Notes under the pieces: generated by a model
Database searches by the model: none
What the model was told of the DNA's origin: nothing
What the model saw: only the letters and a program-made list of their open reading frames with translations
DNA from: Azolla caroliniana
Lineage: Eukaryota; Plantae; Polypodiophyta
Length of the DNA stretch: 64,000 nucleotides
Assembly (NCBI GenBank): GCA_043228905.1
Contig: JBHGNT010000002.1
Coordinates: forward strand, 23,808,001 to 23,872,000
Direction of reading: 5' to 3'
Part shown: in pieces, positions 23,862 to 36,185 of the stretch
Numbering within the stretch: position 1 is the first letter of the stretch
Layout: every line of letters starts with the position of its first letter
Position numbers and translations under genes: made by a program

Positions 23862-24932
23862 CTCACAGTTATAGAGGCAACTACCTTGTTCTAACTTTAC
23901 AACAATGATCAACTACCACGATTCTACTACAATCTAATGTTTTCCCTAGTTGTTTATATACTAAAACAATTTTTTGATTATTTACAAGTATTGCCCACAA
24001 AGGAACATTTAGACTATTTACAAATATAGGCTTCCGAATTGGTGGTATAAACGATTCTCGATTTTGGTTTCGGGAAATCGATTGTCGGCTTCGGCTGAGC
24101 TTGTTCTTCGATTCGGCTCATCCCATCCAGAGGAACCTGGTTTTCTTAACAAACTCCCCCTTCATTCCGGCATGGGGTACTTCATCAATACGACTCTCTC
24201 TCGGCACACGTTTAGCTTCTCTGCTGACAACACCTTCGTCAGCATATCCGATCCGTTCTCGACCTTCAGTATATCTCCTCTGGATGTGTTTGGTCCTCGA
24301 GTGGTAGGAGACATTCTTTGCAAGGTGGATGGCACTCTGATTATTGCAATAGAGTTGGAATTCTTCTTGTTGAATTCCTAACTCACTGATAAACTCCTTC
24401 ATCCATATTACTTCCTTGCTAGCTTCCGTTGCGGCCATGTACTCGGCTTCCGTAGTTGACAGTGCCACGGCCTTCTACAGCCTGGACTGCCACGAAACGA
24501 CGCCCCCTACATAAGTCATCACGTACCCCGACGTGGATCGGTTGGTATCCGCATCAGCCGACATGTCTGAATTCGTGTAACCTTCCAATGTGGGGTTACC
24601 CGAGCCGAATTGAAGAAATACATTCGAGGTGCCTCTCAGGTACCAAAGTATCCACTTCACAACAACCAAATACTCTCTACCAGGATTGCTCATATATCGG
24701 TTGACCACTCCGACTGTGTATCCAATGTCCGGTTTTGTACACACCATTGCGTACATCAGGCTTCCGACTGCCGAGGCATAAGGGACTTTTGACATCTCGG
24801 CCTTCTCGGTTTTCGATTTCGGACATTGGTCTTTGCTCAGTTTGCATTTTGTCGGCAGTGTCGAGCCGATCGGTTTCGCGCTTTTCATGCAAAATCTCTG
24901 GAGCACTTTTGTCACGTTTTTCTCTTGTGACA
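23537..24932 (-). mobile_element. 5'-truncated Tork-like copia fragment: end of RT, RNase H, PPT and 3' LTR (23537-24151)
   Basis: VPYASAVGSLMYAMVCTKPDI and ALSTTEAEYMAA; PPT GAAGGGGGAG next to the TGTT...AACA LTR; the LTR shares CGGTTGTGGCCG with the 14254 element and contains (CA)n(TC)n. Confidence 0.88.
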
Positions 24933-25503
24933 ACAATAATAAGGAATTTTATTCCCTTTGCATTGAGGACAAAATTGGCGATCCCCCTTCCTTTTTTCTT
25001 ATAAAAGGAGGTTGAGGGGGGCTCATTTGGGCGGATGTTTTGGGAGGAGACTATCGCCATTTTTCCTTCGAAGCTCTTCATCTTCATCTTCACCATTTCT
25101 CTTCATCTCATACCCCTTCATCCCCTCATCGCCACGTGCTCGTCTTCTTTGTGTTAGCACTCGCAATGCTCGTTTATGGTGCTCGTGAGCCCGACTTTCG
25201 TTTGTTCGACGTTGTGAGTCCCCATTCGTCGTTGCGAGCCAGTGTGCTCGCCGTTCGGGTGGACGTGGTTCGTTGGGGTCGGCATTTTTGTGGTGCTCGT
25301 GTGTTCGTCTTCTTCTTGTTCGGATTTGCTTTTGTAAGGGCATTTAGTATTTATGTTGTGTTGAACTTGTGGTTAACTAGAAGTTGCCACATTGTAATCA
25401 AACCCTATTTTATAAAGGGCCCTCTTGCATCGGATTCGAACACATATTTATTTCTTTAGCCAATATCAATCATGTTTTTTTTTTTCTTTCTTTGTTCTCG
25501 TCT

Positions 25504-26254
25504 CCTTGTACGTTCGGCCGTCTTGTGATGAGGGAGTGTTTCGAGCGTGCCCATGCACCTCTCCTCCTCATAAAGGCGTACAAGCATTTGTGCGTGTGCT
25601 TGTGTCTTCCTTGTACATTCGGTCGTCTTGTGACGAGGGAGCGTTTCGGGCGTGCCCATGCACCTCTCCTCCTCATAAAGGCGTATGGGCATTTGTGTGT
25701 GTGCTTGTGTCTTCCTTGTACGTTCAATCGTCTTGTGACGAGGGAGCATTTCGGGTGTGCCCATGCACCTCTCCTCCTCATAAAGGTGTACGAGCATTTT
25801 GTGTGTGTGTTTGTGTCTTCCTTGTACGTTCGGCCGTCTTGTGACGAGGGAACGTTTCGGGCGTGCCCATGCACCTCTCCTCCTCATAAAGGCGTACAAA
25901 CATTTTCTGCGTGTGTTTGTGTCTTCCTTGCACGTTCAGCCGTCTTGTGACGAGGGAGCGTTTCGGGCATGCCCATGCACCTCTCCTCCTCATAAAGACG
26001 CACGAGCATTTGTCCGTGTGTTTGTGTCTTCCTTGTATGTTCGGTTGTCTTGTGAAGAGGGAGTGTTCGGGCTTGCCCATGGACCTCTCCTCCTCATAAA
26101 GGTATATGACCATTTGTACATGTGTTTTGTGTCTTCATTGTACGTTCGACGTCTTGTGACAAGGGAGCATTCGGGCGTGCCCATGCACCTCTCCTCCTCA
26201 TAAAGACGTACAAGCATTCATGTTTGTATTCTCATCCCTTTCCTTGTACGTTTG
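25504..26254. repeat. Minisatellite, 105-106-bp unit, 7 copies plus the start of an eighth
   Basis: CCTTGTACGTTCGGCCGTCTTGTGACGAGGGAG...CTCCTCCTCATAAAG units at 25504, 25609, 25714, 25820, 25926, 26031, 26136 and 26242. Confidence 0.95.
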
Positions 26255-26325
26255 TGTTAAGAAATGGAATGGCAAGAGTGGTTGAAATGTAGCGGAAGGT
26301 GAGCGTATGTGTGTGTGTGTATAAC

Positions 26326-26404
<79 letters not shown>

Positions 26405-27655
26405 TATATATGATATTAACAAAACGAGATACATCCAACATTAACTAAGTTACAATGAGTCGGTTTATATACGAACTAAGCTAGGGCAAGCGCCCTTTCT
26501 AATATTTACAAAACTAGCCTGGAATGTCCATGAGCTAGTTTGAAACCTATCTATGGGAAGTTGAGTTCGATTCTCAACACGCCCCTTCGAACACAACTTC
26601 CATATGTTCGGTTTGAAGTTCGGCATACATATCTGCGTATCAATGTGCACTCTGCGTACTCCCCCTCAAGCTCGGCAATGTGAACGACGTGAGACCAAGA
26701 TCCGATGCAAATTGCCCGAGCTTGTTGATGCCTAAGGCCTTCGTAAAGATATTAGCGACTTGTAGGTGCGTGTTGATGTGTTGGAGGTCAATTTCTTCGG
26801 CCTGGACGCGCTCACGGATGAAGTGGTAGTGCACTTCGATGTGTTTAGTCCGTGCGTGAAATACGGGGTTACACACGAGGTAGATATTGCTCATGTTGTC
26901 ACAGTATAGTCATATTGGAACTTTGATGGGTACGCCCAGATCTTTTAGTATATGCTTAAGCCATACAACTTCACATGTGGCGACTACCGCGCCCCTGTAT
27001 TCGGCTTGCGTGCTCGACAGTGCGACTGTGGGCTGTTTCTTGCTACTCCAGGAGATTGCTCCGCTGTCAAGGGAGAAGACAAATCCGGATGTGGATCGTC
27101 TATCTGCTTTGTATCCTTCCCAGTCCGCGTCTGTGTACCCTTCAAGTCAAATGGCCGTATTCGACTTATACAAGATGCCATGATCCATTGTCGTATTGAC
27201 ATACGGTAATATCCGCTTAGCACAATCGAGATGAAGATTACGCGGATTCTGCATGAATTGGCTAAGTAGGCCAACCAAGTAACTTAGGTCGGGTTGCGTA
27301 ATGGTGAGATAGATCAAGCTACCGATCAGTTGGCGATACTGAGTTGGTTCAATCTCAGCCATGCCGGAACTGGCATCAATCTTGATATTGCGATCAAGAG
27401 GGGTAGTCACAGGTTTGCACTCTGTCATTCCGAATTTGTACAGTAGGTTGAGGACGTAGTGCCGTTGTGATATCATTATCCCAACTGGTGTCCGAATTAC
27501 TTCAATACCTAGGAAGTAATGAAGTTTTCATTTCGAATCTGCCGGAAAGAAGTGATTTAACTTTGTTAATCTCGGCGAGATCCTTTCCTCCGATGACCAA
27601 ATCATCCACGTACAAGATTATGATTATCGGGCTATCAGACTCGTTTCGGATGTAT
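26255..27655 (-). mobile_element. 5'-truncated copia fragment (Ale-like): RT C-half, RNase H and 3' LTR (26255-26579, containing a ~74-bp AG microsatellite)
   Basis: ILYVDDLVI, YRQLIGSLIYLT, YTDADW, NPVFHARTKHIEVHYHFIRE and LRG end; PPT AAGGGGCG followed by TGTT...AACA. Confidence 0.88.
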
Positions 27656-27795
27656 GAGGCTGGTGACTACGGAGCAGGAAGAGCCACTTCGAGAGTGGGC
27701 GGAGGATTCGGGGCATGGTTGCCCGAAACATCAAGTGGGGAGGAGGCAAACGGCGGTGCCGGGACCTCACCCACACTGGTTCTAGAGACTCCGGC

Positions 27796-28252
27796 TGTTA
27801 CAGGCATGACCATATAATATCCCGTGGTCAGAATTTACTGTAGTATTCTATACACGTGGATAAGTCTGAGGGTTAAACGAGAATGTAAAGAAGGGGAGGA
27901 TTACTTTTAATTCTCGGGATTGAGACAACCCATTAGGCCAAGTGTGAACTTGCTTGGGGGCCTTGGGTATCACTATAAATAAGAAGCCTAACTACCCTCA
28001 TTTGGTCATCTGGTTGACTACGTTGAGACTCTGTCTTGTGGTGGGTCAACTATTGTAGCGAGCGCGCCAGCACCAAGTACGACTCGACGCAACGGCGATG
28101 GTATGGGACGCCGATCGAGGCTCGAGTCCGTCTCGATCCCTCTGCTCGGGGGTGGTCGGGTGGATCGGCACCCTTCTTTCTCTCTCTCTCCTTTCTATCT
28201 AGATCTATATTCTATTCTTATCTAATGCTTACATTAGTCTATGTCTCTAACA
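27796..28252 (+). repeat. 5' LTR of chromovirus
   Basis: Direct repeat of 54398-54852 (roughly 90% identical by eye), followed by the PBS. Confidence 0.92.
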
Positions 28253-28514
28253 GTTGGTATCAGAGCTCATTTTCTAATGTTTCTTTTGTTGTCTTTTGTG
28301 TTCTTGATTGATGGCGATCGATCTACGTGCGGTCGGCCTTCATGCAGACAAGGATCAACAAAGGAACTTCAGTAATCTTTCTTGTTTTTTTTCGTCTACT
28401 TTTTCTTGTCCCATCTAATCATGTGTATGGTTAATATGTAGATTTTTTTTTCATTAATTCATTGATGTTGTAGTGGTAATTCATTGGTTTCATAAAACGT
28501 TTACATATGTGTAT

Positions 28515-28756
28515 AAGGGCAATACCTCATTTGACGTATATTGAATATGTGATGAGTGTCGTATGCGCACGAGGTTAATACCTCAATTGTGTTTACGTTC
28601 ACAAACATATGTTACGTTTGTGTATGAGGTCAATACCTCGATTCATTGTAAATGATATGCGTTTGGTCTCGTATGCGTAAGAGGTCAATACCTCAATTGT
28701 GTATTACAATTAACCCTTATTTTTGGATGTCTCGTGTGCGTAGAGGTATATACCTC
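28515..28756. repeat. Five 14-bp palindromes GAGGT-N4-ACCTC at ~55-bp spacing in the chromovirus 5' UTR
   Basis: Copies at 28515 (degenerate), 28571, 28626, 28681 and 28743. Confidence 0.75.
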
Positions 28757-29923
28757 GATTACGTCATTTTTGGCAATTAAATATAACGATTTGTTTAATA
28801 TAGGCATATGTGGTCACGTGTATACGTAGTTGATCGTATATATGTGATGATATACATATGTGGATATAAGTTATTACGTGATTTTAAATCGAATGTTTTT
28901 CTTTTTGGGGAAAGGATCGTGGTGGCCGTCCTCACATTTTTGTGAGAATAGCGTTGTCACCATCCCTTTTTTCAACAATTTTTTATTGTTGAAATCCCCG
29001 TTAGTGACTTCGATATTTCGTTACGTAAGGAAACGCCTATAGCCATAATGATGTTGAGTACGTAGGGCTTGATCCACTTCCTGTGAGGTTTCTCCTATGA
29101 CACACATATCCAACATCCCTCCCTCATTACATGGATACGATGCCACCATGAGATCATTCTTACGAGAGGCATTCGTAATGACGTGACCATGTGATGGGCC
29201 ACGTGGGCCTACTACGAAAAGAGGGCTCATTTGGCTTCACCATTAGGTTGCACTTTGGCGTATGCCATCGTAATTACGAGACTTGAGGTTAGGTAACGTA
29301 CCAACATAGTTGTAGTAAATGAGGGCGAAATAAGGACTCTTGACATATATGTTTCTTTTAAAAAAACATATATGGGCAAATGCCTCGCATATCTCTTATA
29401 CGCATGAAATGTTAAATATTCAAGAAGAGCAACCTACTTGGTTGGCTCAAGTGTTTAATGCAATTGTTCTCGAGGTCTCGAGTTCAAATCTGACCAAGAC
29501 CATACACCATGGTTGATACATATGATTATAACACATGTTTAGACTTAAGGTCTAAGTGCACTTCGGGGTCCTCGTAATTGGACTTAAAGAGCCGAAACCA
29601 CATATGTGGGCACCGAAACATAGTTTATTGTTAACATTTTTTTCGTGTATAGACTATTCATGACGCGAACATACATGGTTGTGCCTCGGGGAGCCGCCAT
29701 GAAAAAATCAACCCGCCATTTATTTGTCACCCCCATGGTTTTTAAAACACCTTTGTGTTACCATAGTAACCTGATCTTGAACCTCATCTCATACGTCTAG
29801 AGGGGTATTGACGTGAGATCATGATATCGATTAATGTTTGTCCATGATATGTTTGCATCACGACATGATGTTATGACTATTTTTCTGACCTTATCCTATT
29901 TCTTTTCCAGAAATAATCATTTA

Positions 29924-30238
29924 ATGGCTCAAAATAACAACCCGATGTCATCCGCTCAAGCGGAAGGAACTCAAGGGAATCCTCTTGGACAAATGTCCAT
30001 TGAGATGTATTTTTCGCAAATAACCCAATATCTTAGTTTCACCGCTCAACAGATGACCGAACTTCGGCAATTTCAAAGTGCTCTCAAGCCACATGTCATT
30101 AGTTTACAACGTGAGACTAATAGACCTGATGAGCGACAGGGTGAACCATCGTTTGTCATTAAGCCATTTACGTGAGACAAAAAGGAAAGAACCGAAGAAG
30201 TAATCTGCACGTGGCTGGGCCGATGGGAGTCTCATTTT
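29924..30238 (+). pseudogene. Chromovirus gag, part 1 (continues at 40428-40672 and from 50542)
   Basis: MAQNNNPM...IKPFT*DKKERTEEVICTWLGRWESHF joins EVYPTPDSRKIAYVGRELGGKAATWW once the DNA transposon and one TSD copy are removed. Confidence 0.8.
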
Positions 30239-31222
30239 CCCGGGGACTCCACTATACATAAGAAGGTTGTATCACGTGCGTTCATGACATCATTTATAAA
30301 CCCCTTATACGTATGGTTTTTACTATTTTAGTAACCCTTGTGTAGAAAAAAGATTAATAAAAATACCCCTTATTACCAATATATTTTTTTATAACCACCC
30401 ATTTTAAATACCCTTACATATAAAATATACATGCACACATAGGTTGCAATCCTAGAAGGGATCAATGACCATCTTTACAATTGATGACTCGCAAAATTAT
30501 GAATCAACATTAAACATCATATGCAAATTCCTAGAAATGCTTCATCAAGTGCCACATAGATTGAAAACACAATGTGTAAGGTACAAAGTAATGTACACAC
30601 AATTAGGAAACATTACCCAAAAACACTAGGTATAACATATACAAGACACATATAAGTTTTTGTTTTTAGTTTATTGAGACTTATTAAGAACATTGAGTGA
30701 TAAAAAACAATGTAATTTACAATAAAACAATCTTGAACTTAGCACATACATCTCAAAGAGCACATATGGAACAATCCAAAATGCATATCAATAATAAAAT
30801 TACTAACAAATTAACATTATGTTTGGTTTCATGGATATAGACTCATATAAAGCTATAATATTATTTTTTCTCAAACACATTGATCAAACAAATGGCAACC
30901 TACTTCATATTTCCATTTGAAATGTAAGACATCATCTATTCACATACTCTTACCCAAATCAAAATGAAATAAAATAAATCATTTTGTTATTGCAATAAAG
31001 GTTACCCTTATAAAGACTGAGTATATAAAAAGAAAACTAAGAAGTTCATTTTAGGCTGTAAATTTCATGTCATTTCCATCTTCAACATTGGACCTATATC
31101 ATAAAATGTAACAACAAAAGCAAGAAATCTTAATATACATGGAAGTAAATATTATCTTAATATACATGGAAGTAAAGAAATCAGAAAATATATTTGGAAT
31201 ACCGTAGGTTTATATTTGGTTT

Positions 31223-34200
31223 CTACTCTTTTCTCGTTTTCCTGTTAAAAAAAAAAGCATAAATATTAAGTTACTTTAATATATATTATATATGTACATG
31301 TATGCAAGTATATAATTCAAAACAGCTTATATATACATACCTGGATTTCATTTCCAAAAGAAAATCGTTGAAAACTTTACAATCGCTTTCATCTAATAGA
31401 TAGTTATCACATTTTGCATTATATGTGAGGTTCGCTAATCCAATAATTGACTCAAAGTCAACCATTTTAATATCTGTCAAATCATATGCAAATAATCTAC
31501 TCCCCTTAATCTTCCTATACCAACCAAGTTGTAATTGAACATCTTCAAGTCTATCCATCAAGTCAATTCCTCTCTTATACTCCACAAATTTATTTCCAAT
31601 TTTTCTTTGCATCCTTTGTACTTGTCCTAAGTACCAAACAACATTTTTATTTGATATTCCTTTTCTTTTCGGTCTTGTTGAATTAACATCTTCTTCAGTA
31701 AAGAAGACAACATAATCTGAACCAATCCCAATTAGGTTCCCATTTCCATTTAGGAAATCATTTGCATTCTCACATGAGTAGAAGACCCCTTCTCTTACAC
31801 GTGTGAGTCTATCCTTTGACAATATTGGATTACCATTTAGATGACTCACAAGTGTCGATTTAAATATAATCTTATCATCCACTTGAGCAAATGAAGAGAC
31901 TTTAGAGTTCACATTGTTGTCAACCAATATAGCATCCAATTCATGGCGAATTTCACTTATTGCAATCTCATCATCATTCTCCACACATTCATGCATTGTG
32001 AAGTTTTTATTGTGTTTAGCACATTCTTCATCATCTTTCTCTCCATATATATAACTCTAGGATTATTTTGTCTCAATCCCGGGATAATTCCACCATTGCC
32101 CATTGTGTTTAGGCTTCATATTTAACGACTCACATAAAATTTGGGCTTCTTTTAAACCTTCTTTAAGTGCAAAAACAAGTTGATCATCATTTGAGATATC
32201 AATGTAGTCTTTTAAGTTTGCAAGAGGCTTGTCATGCATGAAATTGAGTTTAGACCATATTGATTCTTGCTTCTTATGAGCTCTTGGAAAAACCAATCCA
32301 TTATCAATGCACTCAAATTTGGCAAGCTTGTTTACATTTCCGCTACAATGCAAAACATCTGATATATCAAACGCACGCTCCATACCAATCATTCCCCCTA
32401 TTTTACTAAAAAATATCTCAGCTCCATCAGACCCTGTGAGATGCAATGGACATTCTAGTTGTGGATAAAAGTCACGAAACATTTTTATAAGTAAAACTAC
32501 AAAGTGACAAGATATTTGTACATCCAAAAATGTTTCTCGACTAATGAAATTACTTTTTAAGTTATAAATTGGATTATCTAGAATCCATAATCTCCATATT
32601 TGAAAGAAGAATGCAACTTTAGATGCAAGTACCACACGCTTGAATAAGCTCTCATGAGGGGATAGAAAAATATCAATATAGTCACCTAATATATGCAAGT
32701 ATACATGTGTTCCCAAAGCGCCTCTTTCTCTTACTTTGACACCTTCTCCACCTTGGTATAACATCGTTAAACAATTAGTAACATTTCTACTTGCAATTCT
32801 TTGAGCTCCAGCCCAATTTTGTCTATCTTCTCTTGTAATATCACATTCCCTTAAGCCATGTGCATCAATAGAGAAGTTATTATATACCAAAGACACATGA
32901 TTCAATGTGATCCATACATCCCCAATTACTAATTGCCTTGAGGGATTATCTAGTGCATTCACAAGTTTCTTTCCATTATGGATGAAATCTTGATCATGAA
33001 GACAACTTACCATATCATTATGCATTTGACCTGTGAAGATCCAACCATCCCAAGGCAATTTATATCTTAAGCATATGCTTGGGGTTAAGTAATCTTGAAG
33101 CATAATCTTTCTTCTCCTACTATCTCCATCCGATGCATGTCCAACAATTGGCCCAATACTTGTGGAGAGGTGTTTTTCCCATAAAGTTTCCACTTCATTC
33201 CATTGGCCTTTTACAAAATCTGCATCAAAGCAATTACATGTACATTGTACAACCAATACTAATCGTGGAAGTTTAGGGTGAAGAGGATTCGCAATTAACA
33301 CCCTAGCATAGTGTCCAACCACATAGTCTTTAAAGGAGCTAACAATGGTTTCATAACCAGCATTAGAGTCACCCACCTTTATCATACATGATGAGACACA
33401 TTAATGATTGGATGACTTCAGCCCACAAAAACCCAAAAGTAAATCATTTGAGCTATCCCACTTAACATTTCGCTTAATCACAGTCTCATCCTCAACAATA
33501 ATGAAAGGAACCTTTGTTATAATGCCATGCACTCTTTTTTCATTTTCATAAATCTTAGCCACATCCTGAAATATATAATCATGGATCCCTAGAAGGAATT
33601 TAGTTGCTTTCCTCTCAACTCTCTTTGTAGTGCTTAATGATGGTCCATCTAAATTTTTAGAAACAAAGTCGTGTAATATTGGTCCACCCCACATTTTAAT
33701 CATGACAAAAATTGCCTTAGATGTGTCTTTAAATCGTTGTCCATGTGGCTTTCGAGTAAGGTTTTGTGCAACATCTGTCAAAAAATCCCATAATGCATTC
33801 TTTCCACCAAATTTTCCAGCTCGATGAGCCTCAATAATGTTATTACAAAATCTTCGAACATCCTTCTATTCCACACTCTCAAGGGATGCTTCCTTGAGAG
33901 TCATTACCTTTACCGAAAGCATTGCAACTTTGCAAGCTAGCCACCATATTTGTCTATGAGCGCGACTGATAGTTTGCTTAGAACTTGAAATTTCCTTTCT
34001 TGTCTCTTCTTTAGTAAGATAATCTAGTCGCCTACCCTACCCAGTTCCTCGATTACCTCTTTTGACTTTAGCCCTACGCTCCCTATACACCCTCATACGG
34101 AAATCATTACATTTTGGAATTTCATTACATTTTTCACATGTAAGATTATGAAAGGGTTCTTCAATCTTCGATACTCTTTTACAATCAAAATGGCGAAAAC

Positions 34201-35520
34201 ATCCATCAATAACACACTGTTGCATCTCATATATCACAATAGCTTTGGTGTAAGGCTCAGAGAACCATAAGGCTCCATGATTTTGATCAATGAGAAATGA
34301 TTTTACATGTATTTCTTCATCATTTATCACTATGTTGTTATGCCAATATCCCCAACACAATAGTGACAAACCAAAATAATGTGGAGTAGAGAACTCACAT
34401 CCTTGACTAGATGAAGGTCGCAAGGTTGAAACAAGAAATTTGCTCAAGGTTTGTTGATTTGAAGGTAAAGCTTCTTGTTTTCGTGGACGACCCGGAAATC
34501 CACTCATTATTGGTGTACTAGCATGTCGAACCATCTCCATTGCCTTTAGATGGGTCTTGGATTGTATGTGTTGAGACAAAATTGTTGACAAATCACTCCG
34601 TGGAGGGCATAATGGCAACCAAGATCCATCAATCTTGCATTTTACCTTCACCATTGCCTTATCTTTATATCCATGAAGTGTTGCCTCTATTAAATCAAAT
34701 TCTGCATCTATAAAAAAATATTTTTCACATATATTAGCATATTATTCATAACTACAATATTAAGGTTTAAAGTACAAACATGCTTACCACTTGTAGTGTC
34801 TTTAAAAGTCTTGAGCACTTCCAACGAAGACTTGATATAGACCTCGTCATCTATTTTAGATAAGTTTATTGATTCATCTTGTTGGCTTAACCCCTTTCGA
34901 GCATAATATCGTTTTTCATGACTTTGGCTCTTAATATGACTTCTAAAAAAATTATTAAGACACACATTTGCTACTTTTGCTTCTGTAGAACCAGCACCAT
35001 AGGGTTCTCCACACTCATTGCACCATAATCTTGTAATTGTTTTTCCACAGAAATCCTCAACCTTCAACTCAAATTTATCATCTCGAGGAATTGTAGCATT
35101 GCTTAATTTTACACGTATCCTATTACATTCTATCATCCATTTACCTAAAACATCTCTTGGAATCTTATCCTTGATTGTTTCAATTGGAGATGTATCTTTA
35201 AAATTGTCCTCGGCTTGACTCAACAATGAACCCTCAACATTAGTGCATGATTCTTTTGAAGAGACTCTTTGTTGTTTATCAATACTAGGCTTGATATAGA
35301 CTTTATTTTCTTTTAAACGCCATTTCTCTTCTTGTTTCCTATTCAAAATATTATTTTTTGTGTACACAAAGGAAAATGGTTCATAAAATATACCTTCCTC
35401 AATTATTTCCACCCGAATCTTTGCATATGTAAGAGTTCCTCTCACACTTACAATGCCCAAAGGTTTATCTTCATCATCCCTCTCGTGTTCAAACACTTCA
35501 ATGATAGATTCTTCATCCAT
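31223..35520 (-). pseudogene. P-element-like DDE transposase, ~1372 aa. Predicted exons 35520-34788, 34707-31341 and 31241-31223; five in-frame nonsense codons and no frameshift.
   Basis: GT-AG introns at 34787-34708 and 31340-31242 keep the frame. Motifs IIVEDET, GHASDGDSRRR, QDFIHNGKKLVN, EDRQNWAGAQRI and TGSDGAEIFFSKIGG parallel the P/THAP9 motifs DEM, SD, DxxHLLKxxRN, KMxVxxAxQ and QDxxExFFSxIR. Confidence 0.8.
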
Positions 35521-35559
35521 TATCTACACATAGAATGGCCCACCTATCACTTTTCATAT

Positions 35560-36141
35560 AACCATACATCATATATATGTGTTTATGTGTGCATTGTGAA
35601 TGTGGTATGCATGTGTGATGTGTGTGTATGTATAATCCATGCATCATATATGTTCATATGTGGTATGCATCTGTGTTGTGTGTTATGTTTGTGTGTGTAT
35701 ATGTATGTTCCATACATCATATATGTTTGTATGTGGTATGCATGTGTGTTGTGTGTGAAGTTTTTGTGTGTGTATGTATGTGGTATGCATGTGTGTTGTG
35801 TGTTGTGTGTTATGTGTTATGTTTGTGTGTGTGTATGTATGCATGTGTATATGTGTGTTATGTTTGTTTGTTTGTGTGTGTGTACATATTGTGTTATGTG
35901 TGTATATGTGTATGTATGTATGTGTTATATGTGTATATAGGTATGTGTGTATGTATGTATGTGTTATATGGGTATATAGGTATGTGTGTATGTATGTATG
36001 CATTATATGTGTATATAGGTATTGTATGGATTGTATGTATGTGTGCATTATATGTGTATATAGGTATTGTATGGATTGTATGCATGTGTGTATAGGTATG
36101 TGTGTATGTATGTACATATTGTATTTTATTTTATATAATTG

Positions 36142-36185
<44 letters not shown>

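Noticed and set aside
25384-26441. Repetitive ORFs on both strands
   Set aside because: They arise from the 105-bp minisatellite and the (AG)n tract; the frame shifts between 105- and 106-bp units.
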